A stretch of 57,230 nucleotides of DNA from Candidatus Nanohalarchaeota archaeon (GTDB lineage: Archaea > EX4484-52 > B79-G9), in assembly GCA_030634545.1 (NCBI GenBank), contig DAOWAN010000002.1, positions 1 to 57,230 on the forward strand. Direction: 5' to 3'. This document shows, piece after piece, positions 9,122-19,718 of the stretch; within the stretch, counting starts at the first letter, position 1, and each line of letters opens with the position of its first letter. A program made the translations under genes and the position numbers. The notes under the pieces are model-generated. The model was not told the DNA's origin. It worked only from the letters and a program-made list of their open reading frames with translations, and made no database searches.

Positions 9122-10318
9122 TCAATAAGCGTCTTCAAAGCTCTTTAGCCACCAGTCTGTCAGCAGATACTTGTCTTCTGTTGTCAAAGCATTGACCATG
9201 TCTGGATATTTTAACAGGTCTTTCCCTGTCTTGACCAGAGATTTTATCTTGGACAGCAGTTCCCTGCTCTTCTTCAGACGATTCTCTGGCATAGCACCAG
9301 ATATGTCCTTCATTATCTCTGTCAGTTCTGCGTTAATCTTGGTGTTCTCTGCAATGTTTTTCGCAATACTTTTCATTGTTTTCTTGTTCTCGACCAAAAC
9401 TGGGATGTGTACGTTCAAATCCCTTGCTAGTGTTCCTGAGTATTGAGTTAGTTGTGTCATGTTTATCGTTTGCATTTGTAATAGTTGAAACATATCTTTT
9501 ATTGTTAGTGGTTGCCTTAAAAAAGCGTCCCACCATTCAGGGTCATCTGTGCCGAGACTAGGCTCTGGTGACGTATCTGCCCATGCGTGGGCTTCCTTGT
9601 CAGGGTCTTTTGGCGTTATCTTTTCCCTTAATTTATTTAATTTTACAGTAATCTGGTCTCCTTTTTGTAATTTCTTTTCTACGACTTCGTCGGTAACTTC
9701 AATGTGGATGTCTTCACAATATGCGTTTTCCCTGTCAACAGTCAAGCCGTGCCTTTTGAAAAAAGCATAAGTGTATTGGATGACCAAATCTGCAATCTCT
9801 TTAATCTTTTTTGCATCTGTTATCTTTCGGCTCTTCACAAAAGCTGTTATGCTCTTATTGTTATTGTTCCTGAATTTTATCCTGAATGGTTTGTCTTTGT
9901 CAAGATACTGGGGCTTCCATCCCTTCAATCCTTTTTTTGGTTCGTAACCACCAAGTTCTGTAAAATCTATAAATCCATCAATGATTGGGAAGTAAAAATT
10001 ATACTTGTGCAAATCTGCTTGTTTTCTCTTTAATTTGAAAATCCTCTCGTCTTGGTCAACGTTATCAACATCTCTATCGTCAATTTTTTTACTTCTTAAC
10101 TTTATCAAGCCTTTTTCTGTAATCTGCCATGTTCCGTATCCAAGCTTTTTGATTAAACTTTCTTCTTTAAGCTGTCGTGCATAATAATTGAGTTTCTGTT
10201 TGCTGATATTGTGTTTTTTAGCTATATTATTTAATGTTTGTTTGTAGTTAAGTTTTAACTCTAATAATATAGTAAAGTAAAAATTATTTTTATTGTATTT
10301 TATCGTCAATAACCCCAC
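9122..10318 (-). CDS. N-terminal winged-helix protein with uncharacterised central domain and C-terminal coiled coil
   Basis: IAKKHNISKQKLNYYARQLKEESLIKKLGYGTWQITEKG HTH; WADTSP motif. Confidence 0.7.
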   Translation of the reverse strand: MGLLTIKYNKNNFYFTILLELKLNYKQTLNNIAKKHNISKQKLNYYARQLKEESLIKKLGYGTWQITEKGLIKLRSKKIDDRDVDNVDQDERIFKLKRKQADLHKYNFYFPIIDGFIDFTELGGYEPKKGLKGWKPQYLDKDKPFRIKFRNNNNKSITAFVKSRKITDAKKIKEIADLVIQYTYAFFKRHGLTVDRENAYCEDIHIEVTDEVVEKKLQKGDQITVKLNKLREKITPKDPDKEAHAWADTSPEPSLGTDDPEWWDAFLRQPLTIKDMFQLLQMQTINMTQLTQYSGTLARDLNVHIPVLVENKKTMKSIAKNIAENTKINAELTEIMKDISGAMPENRLKKSRELLSKIKSLVKTGKDLLKYPDMVNALTTEDKYLLTDWWLKSFEDAY

Positions 10319-10326
10319 CTAATTTT

Positions 10327-10710
10327 TTACTTCTTAACGTTGTTTGTTAACTTTTTACTTCTTTTTAACTTTTTCAACATTGGTTCTATTATTTCAACAT
10401 GAAGTTTTTTATGACATAAATAACATAAACTTATTATGTTGTTTTTAACTTTTCCACCTGATGATTTTGGCAATATATGGTGTTTTTCTATATGTTCATA
10501 ACTACTACAAAAAAGATATGTGTCAAGTTTGTAAATTTTATTATATTTCTTTAAAACTTTTTTTTGCCCAAGCTTTCTTAAAACACGGTATATATAAGAT
10601 TTGGAACAATTTTTTATTTGACTTATTTTTTTTACTTCTTTTATTACTTTATATAAATCTAAAATTTCTTTTTCTCCTTTTGTTAAATCATATTCTGTAT
10701 ATTCTATCAT
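10327..10710 (-). CDS. HTH plus HNH endonuclease
   Basis: HHILPKSSGG..NNIISLCYLCHKKLH. Confidence 0.8.
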   Translation of the reverse strand: MIEYTEYDLTKGEKEILDLYKVIKEVKKISQIKNCSKSYIYRVLRKLGQKKVLKKYNKIYKLDTYLFCSSYEHIEKHHILPKSSGGKVKNNIISLCYLCHKKLHVEIIEPMLKKLKRSKKLTNNVKK

Positions 10711-11254
10711 TTTGAACCTTCTCTCAATACCTGCAACAGCTTCAGATTATACGCTTTTGTGTAATATTCTTTTAATTTCTTGTCTTCAAATATGAACTGC
10801 AAGTTGCTAAACGAGTCTATCAAGACCTCTATCTTAAAATACATGCTTTCTATTAACAACAGTTGTATCTCGATATACGGTGTCATTCTTTGCGGTTCAA
10901 ACATGGCTCACATTTCCCACATGGAAATATGTCATCTTCTACGCATTCTTGTTTTCCCATTTTTTCATCCATCCTTTGAATTTGTTATAAACGTTTTCTA
11001 AAAAATCAATCCACTTGCCTGTCCAACACATTGAAAAATCAATAATCTTTTCCTCTATCTTCATTTTCTAATACTTTTTTTCTTCTTGTTCTTGCAATCT
11101 GGACAATATAATGTCCGTGAGTATTTTGCCGTGAATCTTTTCTTGCACAGCACACATACAGGTCTTACTTTGTATAATTTTGCCATTATTGTTATTTTCT
11201 CACTCTTAATAAATGAAGTATCAATTCTTCTGCTTTCTTTAGTATTTTCATCAT

Positions 11255-12142
11255 TTACTCTGTTTTTTCAAAAAAACATATCACAGTTTTGTTATCATAA
11301 TAAATATCCTTCATCAAACTTTGCCTATCATCATAGACAGCAATAACTCGTTCATTGATGAAAAAACCTGATGTCCTCTGGTATATCGCCTTCTTCATTA
11401 TGTATCCATAACTTGATAAATAATTTAAGAAACCATCCATAGTGATGCCAAACTTTTTCAATGCTTTCGGATGTATTTCAATAAACAATTTTCTTGGTGC
11501 ATATCTGCCTTTCAATAGTTTCTTCGCACCCTGCAATATATGATATTCATATCCTTCCGTGTCCATACGCAGATAGTCAACCTTCTCTTTTATTACATCA
11601 TCCAACTTAATAGTATCAACCTCTATCTCCTCAACATAATTTTCTTGTCTAACAAAACTTCCTGCATTACAATGTTCAGTTATGTAGAATGTTGATTTTC
11701 CTTTACTATCTGAGATTGCCTTGTTGTATAGTTTAACTCTATGTTGGACTTTATTCACCACTAAATTCTTTTCCAGAACCTCGAAATTGTCTGGATTAGG
11801 TTCAAATGCTATTACTTTACTATTTTTGCAGTTGATTAGTTCCATGATTGCGTAATAACCAAGATTAGCACCAACCTCCAAAAAAGTCATGCCGTCTTCC
11901 ATATCACTTAAAAAATATTCTGTTGCTAAAGTTTCCCTTTTGCCACGCAATAATAACTGTCTTGACAACCCTAAATCCTTTTTCATCACATACATCTTGT
12001 AGTTGTTTACAGGAATTAATAATGAATCTCCGTTAAACTTATCCATCATTGTCTTGTATCTTCTTTTTGCTTTGATTAAATCAAAAGGATTGTATAAATA
12101 ACCATACCTAATATTTCTGGAAATCAGCTTGACTTTTTTCAT
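11255..12142 (-). CDS. FkbM-family SAM-dependent methyltransferase
   Basis: EVGANLGYY, AFEPNP, YLRMDTEGYE, FIEIHP motifs. Confidence 0.9.
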   Translation of the reverse strand: MKKVKLISRNIRYGYLYNPFDLIKAKRRYKTMMDKFNGDSLLIPVNNYKMYVMKKDLGLSRQLLLRGKRETLATEYFLSDMEDGMTFLEVGANLGYYAIMELINCKNSKVIAFEPNPDNFEVLEKNLVVNKVQHRVKLYNKAISDSKGKSTFYITEHCNAGSFVRQENYVEEIEVDTIKLDDVIKEKVDYLRMDTEGYEYHILQGAKKLLKGRYAPRKLFIEIHPKALKKFGITMDGFLNYLSSYGYIMKKAIYQRTSGFFINERVIAVYDDRQSLMKDIYYDNKTVICFFEKTE

Positions 12143-12589
12143 TTTCTCTAAAACTACTCCTTTATCTACATAAACAATAACCTATTGCTACTGCAATTAA
12201 TACATATAATATCATCAATAAAACTGATTTTAATTCATCGTTCATTATTATGCTCGTTTTTCTTTATTGTCATTTGTTTGGAGTTATTGACACTTTGTTT
12301 TCAATCAGTATAAATTCTTCTCATATAATCACAATCAAGACAAACTTTATACATCATTCCTTTAACCTCTTTTCCATAATTATCCTTATGTTTACAAATA
12401 TTCATCTAATGCTCATTATTTACCAAAATCTTTAACACCTTTCTTTATCCAACTTCTTGATTATTTCCTGTTGATTACTTATTATTGTAATTATACCTAT
12501 TGGAAATACTATACCACAAAAAACTGTATAAAAAATCTCTAACAATTCTCCTTTTTTAAATCCTTTCAACTTCATCACCTTTTAATTAA

Positions 12590-12791
12590 GACCCTTTGTT
12601 TTCACATTGACAATAATCATTTATTTTAAGTTTTTTGGCATAAACCTTAATTGATTTTTTACATCTACTACATCTTTGTACCATTATTGACCCTTTGTTT
12701 TCACATTGACAATAATAATTTATTTTAAGTTTTTTGGCATAAACCTTAATTGATTTTTTACATCTACTACATCTTTGTACCATTATTGACC
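12590..12791. repeat. 99-bp tandem duplication encoding a duplicated Zn-ribbon peptide (ORF 12586..12822)
   Basis: 12590-12688 and 12689-12787 differ by 1 nt; MVQRCSRC...CQCENKGS occurs twice. Confidence 0.9.
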
Positions 12792-13159
12792 TTTTTTTAA
12801 GTAAACACATAATCAGATACATCTCTGATTTGTTTAATTGTCATTGTAATTAACTTTCTTGAGATTTCCTCAATTAATTCGCATTTCTCTTGTGGCTTTG
12901 AACCGTTCTTATGATACTTTCCACAAGTTCCACACATATATCTTGACTTGTATGCTATTGACATTTTATTTACAATCCAAATTCTTTCTTGAAACCTTTT
13001 AATTCAGCAAGTCTGTCATTTCTTCTAAGTTTTTCATAACTACCGCCCTTTTTATTTTTAAGCACGCTTCAGATAAGGTGATTCTTTTTGACCTAAGCCA
13101 GCAAGCTTATCTTCGGCGTGTCTCTTAAATTCTCATCAAGTCCCACAGACTTGTTTCTT

Positions 13160-13381
13160 TCAATACGGATTCCCAGTAGCCCATGAGTCGCACCTGCATA
13201 CATATTCATAATGAAAATCATCATCAACAAAACGGTACAGATGCCTTTCTCTTTCTATCTCAACATTAACATCCATGTTCAATAGATAAACATATCTTAC
13301 CTTGTTATCATCTTCCATCAAACATATATCATCTATTGAAAGTTCTCTCGGGATTCCGCTTTGCTGATTATTTTCTGTCAT
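13160..13381 (-). CDS. Hypothetical protein
   Basis: 73-aa ORF. Confidence 0.55.
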   Translation of the reverse strand: MTENNQQSGIPRELSIDDICLMEDDNKVRYVYLLNMDVNVEIERERHLYRFVDDDFHYEYVCRCDSWATGNPY

Positions 13382-13386
13382 TATTC

Positions 13387-13593
13387 TTATAGTTTTTTCT
13401 GGGTGTTCTTTACTTCAACACTTACACCTTTTGCACCCTGTTTTAAGTCAAATTCAGTCTCTTCCCTAGTCAAAGTTACCTTTAAGTCGTCTTTAACCAG
13501 TTGTACTGTGTGTGTTGTTGTCTCGCCTTTATCTGTCTCTGTTATTTTTTCCTCTACCTTATTTACAGTTAGGTCATCTAATTTCATGTTCAT
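13387..13593 (-). CDS. Hypothetical protein
   Basis: 68-aa ORF with GGTGA SD site. Confidence 0.6.
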   Translation of the reverse strand: MNMKLDDLTVNKVEEKITETDKGETTTHTVQLVKDDLKVTLTREETEFDLKQGAKGVSVEVKNTQKKL

Positions 13594-13601
13594 ATCACCT
13601 T

Positions 13602-14036
13602 TTATTTTATTTCACAAACTTCTTTTTTTGTTTTGACAATACATGTTTTTCCTACTTCATTACTATACCCATAAATTACTTTTTTTCCTAGTGCATCATA
13701 TTCAACTACTCTAACTCCATCTTCACAAAGAATCTCTGTATTAAAAGGAAAAGTTCTTATTGGGTCAAAAACACTTTTTATTGTAAACGCCTCTGTTTTT
13801 GTTTCTGTATGGCAGACCCTTTTCGGCATGCCTGCTAATTGTTCTTTTAGTTCAGCTATGTCACTGCTAAGTACCTGTGTAAAAGCAACTGTTACTACAA
13901 CCAAAACAACAGCTACTAATAGAACAGTCAGATGACTCGTTTTAGTTTCTTCTAAGTTTTTAATCCTGTCCCTCAAATAATCAATTCTTTTATCCTGTTC
14001 GTTTCTTTTTTTTACCATGATTAAATCACCTTCCAC
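13602..14036 (-). CDS. Single-TM Cys-containing membrane protein (probable paralog of 14021..14467)
   Basis: RIKNLEETKTS + TM + C...C...TCI.K. Confidence 0.65.
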   Translation of the reverse strand: MEGDLIMVKKRNEQDKRIDYLRDRIKNLEETKTSHLTVLLVAVVLVVVTVAFTQVLSSDIAELKEQLAGMPKRVCHTETKTEAFTIKSVFDPIRTFPFNTEILCEDGVRVVEYDALGKKVIYGYSNEVGKTCIVKTKKEVCEIK

Positions 14037-14467
14037 ATATTATTTTCATTAAATAATTCTTTTACCAATATTTTTTTAATGCAAGTAGTCTCATTGTAAA
14101 ATTCAAGAACTGGTTGTGCTGTCTCGTCTTCATAACATATAGTTTCATTATAAGCACACCCACCTGTTATATAATAATACCAACATTCCTCTTTACAAAC
14201 TATTGGCTGTACTATATTGTACTTTTCAACAGTTTCGTATTCATAGCATTCTTCTTCCCATAATTCCATTTGTTTTTGCCAATCAAATACTTCACCTAAC
14301 TTTCCTTTTATGAACTCTGCTGTGTCTTCAACATCTTCTATCATACCATGTTGTGCAACAATACCAGAAATATTTATTATAATGAGAAGTATTGTAAAGA
14401 CAACCAATAGACCAATAGATGCTTTTTCTCTTTCTAATTTATCTACTCTTTTCATAATTTTTTTCAT
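14021..14467 (-). CDS. Single-TM Cys-containing membrane protein
   Basis: RVDKLEREKAS + TM + C...C...TCIKK. Confidence 0.65.
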   Translation of the reverse strand: MKKIMKRVDKLEREKASIGLLVVFTILLIIINISGIVAQHGMIEDVEDTAEFIKGKLGEVFDWQKQMELWEEECYEYETVEKYNIVQPIVCKEECWYYYITGGCAYNETICYEDETAQPVLEFYNETTCIKKILVKELFNENNMWKVI

Positions 14468-15072
14468 GCTACCACCTTTGTTAATTTAGTCTGAACATCA
14501 TCATATCTCATGAGTAATTTATCAGGGAAGCTGTACGTCTCTTCATTGACCAAGATTGTTGCGTCTGTGTAATCATTTGTCTTGTACTCATTAGTCTTAT
14601 CCTGAACCCTGATTAAACCATTGTCTTCGCAAAAATCTTTCAATATATTTACAGTGAGGACACCAGTATAGATGGCTTTAGGATGCCTTATGTTCTGCAA
14701 CGTCTTCAGCATGTTCCTGTCTGGCGTGTAGATTGCTCTCGGCTCATCCCTCTTGCAGAACAACAGCTTACATTTTTTCTTCATGGCAAACGCCAGATAC
14801 TCTTTATTGATAGATTCACCAGTGCCTAGTATTGCGTTCTTCTGCTTGGAATAGTGCTTAAAAACGTTGTTGAATGCCCTGAATTCGTACTTCTTGAACA
14901 AGTAATAGAAGTTCTGCTCTTTGTTGACATCTGGAATCATAGTCCGTATCAAAGTGTGACCAAAGCGGTTGGTGTGTGCGTTCCTTACCTCTTTGTAGCC
15001 ACGTTCCCGTAATAAATTCATTACAAAAGCTCTTGCAGAGTCCTTGTTCCAGTACGTCTGTTTAATTTTCAT
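14464..15072 (-). CDS. Hypothetical protein
   Basis: 202-aa ORF with ATGA overlaps on both sides. Confidence 0.7.
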   Translation of the reverse strand: MKIKQTYWNKDSARAFVMNLLRERGYKEVRNAHTNRFGHTLIRTMIPDVNKEQNFYYLFKKYEFRAFNNVFKHYSKQKNAILGTGESINKEYLAFAMKKKCKLLFCKRDEPRAIYTPDRNMLKTLQNIRHPKAIYTGVLTVNILKDFCEDNGLIRVQDKTNEYKTNDYTDATILVNEETYSFPDKLLMRYDDVQTKLTKVVA

Positions 15073-15263
15073 TCTATTGGCACATATTTATGAATAAGAT
15101 AGGTCACGATGACCCCTAATATCATTGACACAGGTATCAAGCCTAGCATGTAAAGACTGTAATAGTAAATGTTTATCTTGATAATCTCTAATAATATGAA
15201 AAATATACTTATTGACAGTATAATCCAGACACCCAGATATGATATTTTTTCTTTAATTTTCAT
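15069..15263 (-). CDS. Small 2-TM membrane protein
   Basis: Two hydrophobic helices; ATGA overlaps. Confidence 0.6.
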   Translation of the reverse strand: MKIKEKISYLGVWIILSISIFFILLEIIKINIYYYSLYMLGLIPVSMILGVIVTYLIHKYVPIE

Positions 15264-15538
15264 TTCAGCCCCAGCTTTTTGTATATATTAGGGTGATGTT
15301 CTTTCATATTGTAAGCATCAAGAATGTCTTTCACTTCTTTCTTTGACAGATATTCTTTTTTCCTTCCAATGAACATCCCTTTAGTTGATATTGAATTCAA
15401 TCTAACAAAGTGCTTGTCGAGAACTTCTTTAATTTGTGTTTTACAAATAGTGCTTTTATCACAGTCAGCACATTTATCTTGAGGGATAATCCTCTTAAAC
15501 TCAGGATATTCTTCATCTAATGTTTTTTCTTTGCTCAT
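15260..15538 (-). CDS. Hypothetical protein
   Basis: 92-aa ORF with CxxC motif. Confidence 0.55.
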   Translation of the reverse strand: MSKEKTLDEEYPEFKRIIPQDKCADCDKSTICKTQIKEVLDKHFVRLNSISTKGMFIGRKKEYLSKKEVKDILDAYNMKEHHPNIYKKLGLK

Positions 15539-15732
15539 TTTTCTTCAATTAAATTTTTTTAGATAATCTTGTTGTATTGTCAGTGTCAAATCCTTCAAAT
15601 TCTTTTAATAACTGATTAATCTCTTGATGTGGAATATTATACCTTTTCTTGAGTTCAAAGATTACTTTCTTTAAAACATCTCTTTGTGCGTATCTTATCC
15701 CTCTAATTCGTCCCATTTTTTCTTTCTCTTTT

Positions 15733-16287
15733 TCAACAATCAAACAGATTTTGGTCAACTACACAATATATAATGTCATTCCTGCTATAATCATAGATTA
15801 TGTTGAACACATGGTCATTTGTGAATGCGTAATTTGTATCATAGCCCAGATTCGTGAATATGCTGTCATACATCACTGCGTAATCCCTGCATATCCCACC
15901 GCTTTCCTTAATCATCTCAGCAGATTTGACAACATATCCACCACGTTCATCTTTGCTGTAATTAAAGAAACTGTTGACCTGCGAAACAACGCACTCAACC
16001 TGTTCTTTGCTAGTCATGTTAAAATTGCAGAAATTGGTTATGTCAACAACAACAGAATCGTTCCTGCCGTACATCGCATATAAATCGAAGATTGGTGTGC
16101 CGAGCATATTATTCATTGTTATCGGGTAAAATTTGCTGACAATCACAATAAAAGATGTCATTGTAAGTGCAACAAAAATGAAAATTATTGCAAAAACCTG
16201 AAAAATCGTGTTTTTCCTTCTCTTTTTTTCCTCAGTCAGTCTTTCTTTAAGATAATTTTTGGCTTGTTGTTTGTTCATTTTTACCAT
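15733..16287 (-). CDS. Membrane-anchored transglutaminase-like (papain-fold) cysteine protease
   Basis: N-terminal TM; GGICRDYA (Cys), DHVFN (His), VVD (Asp) triad. Confidence 0.8.
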   Translation of the reverse strand: MVKMNKQQAKNYLKERLTEEKKRRKNTIFQVFAIIFIFVALTMTSFIVIVSKFYPITMNNMLGTPIFDLYAMYGRNDSVVVDITNFCNFNMTSKEQVECVVSQVNSFFNYSKDERGGYVVKSAEMIKESGGICRDYAVMYDSIFTNLGYDTNYAFTNDHVFNIIYDYSRNDIIYCVVDQNLFDC

Positions 16288-16550
16288 TTATATTTTGTGT
16301 CTTTTTTCAATTTCTTTAGTTCAGGGATGCCTGCAATCTTTTCAAGTTCTTCAACTCTTTCATCAACAGCTTCCTGCCATTTTTTGTCTGCTTCTTTTCT
16401 GCCTTGATTAAAAGCACTTTTTTGAAGTTCTATGCTTCTTTTTTTCTCAACTTCTTTTCCTTTCTCAAAAGCTTTTTTGCAATGCCTGTGTAACTTTTTT
16501 CTATATGAAACCATACCAACACCACAATGTTCGCATTTTTTATTTCCCAT
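16281..16550 (-). CDS. Small Zn-finger/coiled-coil protein (start revised to MGNKKCEHCG)
   Basis: CxxC...HxxC; start abuts the stop of the upstream gene. Confidence 0.55.
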   Translation of the reverse strand: MGNKKCEHCGVGMVSYRKKLHRHCKKAFEKGKEVEKKRSIELQKSAFNQGRKEADKKWQEAVDERVEELEKIAGIPELKKLKKDTKYKW

Positions 16551-16810
16551 TATATCTGACCTCTTGAATAAATATAAGTCACGATGTTCTTCTCTGGTGC
16601 TACATGATAGAAGGGTGTCAGTGACCGCCTGTTCTTCAGCTTCTTCTTCGTCATCATGACCCTGTTCCCTTTCCTGGTCGGCTTCTTGAGTTGCTTCAGT
16701 GAACGTTGCACGCTTATCAAGTTCAATTTTGTTATGTGTGCCAGCATCTTTGAAGTGTATGCCTTTGTCTTCTTCTTTTTCAATAAGTTGTAAATCTTGT
16801 TCTCGTTCAT
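16550..16810 (-). CDS. Putative winged-helix protein (start revised to MNENKIY)
   Basis: YTSKMLAHITKLNLISVQRSLKQL HTH-like segment. Confidence 0.5.
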   Translation of the reverse strand: MNENKIYNLLKKKKTKAYTSKMLAHITKLNLISVQRSLKQLKKPTRKGNRVMMTKKKLKNRRSLTPFYHVAPEKNIVTYIYSRGQI

Positions 16811-17090
16811 AATAACTGGTTGTGTTCTGAACAGCTTTGAGATATGCCCCATAGTGAGCCGTTGTACTGTTGTGACAGCACTTCTTTGAGCCATCTATCG
16901 AACTGGTCAAAAGTTAATTGTATCATTTTTTCATCACCTTTTTTTAAGTTAAATCTGGAATATCATCAAACTTTATATCAAATAAATTACATTCATTAGG
17001 ACACTTTATAATAAATTCTTCCTGTGTTGTGTCAAGTTCAAAATCTTCTATATTAAATTCCTCTCCACACAATTCACATGTTTTTTTCAT

Positions 17091-17327
17091 TCACTCACCA
17101 ATCCATTCATAAACTGTTCTTTTGTTAAGTTTATACTCTTTCAGATAACCTTTTTCAAGCATATATTCAATTACTTGAGTTATGACTTGATAATTGAGTG
17201 TTTTGTCAGCTTCCTGTTCAATAGTCCTTTTGTCAACAATCTTTTTCTCTTTACAGATGTTCTTGATTGTCTCAAAAGTGTCCATTGTAAACTTGTACTT
17301 CTTTTCGTTTGTTTTTTTTTCTGTCAT
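17091..17327 (-). CDS. Putative winged-helix protein
   Basis: LNYQVITQVIEYMLEKGYL pattern; TATA at about 17361. Confidence 0.55.
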   Translation of the reverse strand: MTEKKTNEKKYKFTMDTFETIKNICKEKKIVDKRTIEQEADKTLNYQVITQVIEYMLEKGYLKEYKLNKRTVYEWIGE

Positions 17328-17562
17328 TTTTAATCTTATGAATTTATCAGATATTTATTATTTATATATATTGTTATTCTTGATTATATATTTTGTTTCA
17401 TAATGGTTGTCTGACCGTTTTCAATGAAGACTGCTTTGTTGATTTGTTGCTGAACATAACTTTCATTTACCATTATCTTCACTTCAACAGCTTCTAATTG
17501 TAACGGGGCAATGACAATACTAAACATTAATAGTATCATCAGCGTGTACGTGATTAGCTTTT

Positions 17563-18381
17563 TCATTTCTTTTCCTCTGGTGCAGGCAGGAAGAATCCTT
17601 TCCTGTACGTCTGCATAATCTCCTTTACTTTTTTTTCAGTGATATTTCCTAAAAATTCTTCTAACTGTCTGTTCAGCTTGATGAACTGTTTCTCTATGTA
17701 TATGAAAAAAGCTTCCCTCTCTTCAGTCCATTTGATGACACTGAAATCCTTCTCGACAACACCACCCCATATCTGTTTGAAGCCGTAGCCTTTACGCTGT
17801 CCTTGAAGACCGTGTGTGTCCTGCTCTAAGCCTTCATAGATTATTTTTTTACCCCAATATTCTATCTCTCTTTTGTATGCTACAAACCACTGGAATGAGA
17901 AATCAATCTTCAGACCCATCTTCGCATGATGCCAGCTATCCCTCTGCTTTGATTCTGATTTAGTGAATTTTACGCAGATGACTTTTATTTTCTCTGAATC
18001 TTGGACTAGCTGGACTTGTATTGCATCTTTTGTAATCTTGTTCAGTTCCCTCACTATATCAAGAAATTGGGATGATTTCACTATGTTCTTGAACCTGACA
18101 AACTTCGGCTTGTTGAAGCTGTCTTTTTCTCTGGCAAAGGAATCTTCTGACCTCGTTACAAGATACTGCTCTTCGGTGTCAACAACCTTCTCATATAAAT
18201 ATTTAGGGATTGTCACCCAGAAGTTTATGTGTTCAAAACCGTACTCATCTCTTTCTTGTAAATCCTGATGTACTGTAAGCTCGACATCTTCCACATCAGA
18301 GAAATCTCTCTTCGGCAGTCGAAATACGTGCTTGAACTCGTGCATCTTTCTTGTCTTTTTCATTTTCTTTGCCTTATACAT
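17563..18381 (-). CDS. Hypothetical protein
   Basis: 272-aa ORF. Confidence 0.75.
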   Translation of the reverse strand: MYKAKKMKKTRKMHEFKHVFRLPKRDFSDVEDVELTVHQDLQERDEYGFEHINFWVTIPKYLYEKVVDTEEQYLVTRSEDSFAREKDSFNKPKFVRFKNIVKSSQFLDIVRELNKITKDAIQVQLVQDSEKIKVICVKFTKSESKQRDSWHHAKMGLKIDFSFQWFVAYKREIEYWGKKIIYEGLEQDTHGLQGQRKGYGFKQIWGGVVEKDFSVIKWTEEREAFFIYIEKQFIKLNRQLEEFLGNITEKKVKEIMQTYRKGFFLPAPEEKK

Positions 18382-18463
18382 TCATCTAATAAAATACTGA
18401 ATTTACTGCTACTAAATTTGCTTGGACTTTTTCCAGCTTCCCTTAACATTTTTTGAACTATTT

Positions 18464-18955
18464 TCATTTTTTCTCCTTCCAATCTTCTATGTCTTCCCAA
18501 TCAATTTCCCATTCATCATTAAATAATAGTTTAGCAACTTTCTTGGCTTCAATAATAACTTCATCTACTGTGTCAAAACATTCTGTTGGAAATCCTTTTC
18601 TTACTCTTGGTCTGGCATCTTCATCATAAAGATTCCTAATTGTTTTTTCAGATATTTTCTCAACACTTATCCTTTCTGATTTTGCTTCTTCTGGATAATT
18701 TCTACACGAAAGTCCTGTTATTTTTCCTGTTTTCAGGTTTTTAACATTTAAATCCCAATATCGAAAATATCCGTAATAATGGATTGCACCGATGCTTATT
18801 CCTCTCCAACTAGATATTGTGAAGATGACTCTTCTTTTTCCTTTTAATATTGTGATATAATCTTCATCATGAGATGAAAATTTTATGCCAACACCTTTCT
18901 TTGCATCTCTTGGCTTAAATTCTAATGATGGCTGTGGATTCAGTGGGCGTTTCAT
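18464..18955 (-). CDS. Hypothetical protein
   Basis: 163-aa ORF with GAGG SD site. Confidence 0.7.
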   Translation of the reverse strand: MKRPLNPQPSLEFKPRDAKKGVGIKFSSHDEDYITILKGKRRVIFTISSWRGISIGAIHYYGYFRYWDLNVKNLKTGKITGLSCRNYPEEAKSERISVEKISEKTIRNLYDEDARPRVRKGFPTECFDTVDEVIIEAKKVAKLLFNDEWEIDWEDIEDWKEKK

Positions 18956-19115
18956 TTGTTTACCTCTTCATATTCCTCAGACCAAAGTTTTACTTTTTCT
19001 CCTGTGTCTCCTTTTACCCAAAGACCTGTTTTGTCATCTACTGCAACATCCAAAACTTTTCCTTCAGTTAGACCATGCTCTTTAGCAACAGGGATGTTTC
19101 TTAACAGTTTTACTT

Positions 19116-19391
19116 TCATTTTTTCTTTATTCTTTTAATACTATATTTCTTTTCAAATAGATTTAAAATATCATCAATCAAGTCTTCAAGCACATTTGGA
19201 TTTTCTTGCCAAATATGTTCTCCTTGACCGCATTGTTCTTTTACACCACACGTGTTGCATTTCCACTGTTGTTTGTTATCTTTCACACATAACTCAAAAT
19301 TTGGATTCTCAACAAAATCTTGTCTGTGTGCATCATAATATGCTCTTGCATATTTCTTGATTTTATCCCTTCGTGTTTTTGAAAACTTCAT
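19116..19391 (-). CDS. Hypothetical Cys-containing protein
   Basis: 91-aa ORF with C...CxxC..C. Confidence 0.55.
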   Translation of the reverse strand: MKFSKTRRDKIKKYARAYYDAHRQDFVENPNFELCVKDNKQQWKCNTCGVKEQCGQGEHIWQENPNVLEDLIDDILNLFEKKYSIKRIKKK

Positions 19392-19469
19392 TGTAATTCC
19401 CCCATGTGAAATTCACATCCGTAAGGATAATCTTGGTGGCATGCTATACAATCATTTATGTCTCTCATA

Positions 19470-19718
19470 TCATCCACCACCTAACCCTTTAATTAATTTT
19501 TTATCATATTCCTCAATCTTCTTGAGAATGTTGTTGACTACACCTTCTTCAGTAAAAGAATTGTCTATTGCAATGAATTCTTTATATAATTCCTGAACAT
19601 TTTCAAAGGATTTGTCTATAATGGTTTTTGCTCTATTTTCCCACATTTCTTTCCTGTGTTTTTTAACAGCTTCTTCAATAGTCCTGATTTCAACATGTGT
19701 TAGTTCTAATTGCATCAT
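19470..19718 (-). CDS. Hypothetical protein
   Basis: 82-aa ORF with ATGA overlap. Confidence 0.55.
   Translation of the reverse strand: MMQLELTHVEIRTIEEAVKKHRKEMWENRAKTIIDKSFENVQELYKEFIAIDNSFTEEGVVNNILKKIEEYDKKLIKGLGGG

Noticed and set aside
16281..16910. The 209-aa ORF as a single gene
   Set aside because: Better explained by three abutting genes (16281..16550, 16550..16810, about 16807..16926) with stop/start overlaps
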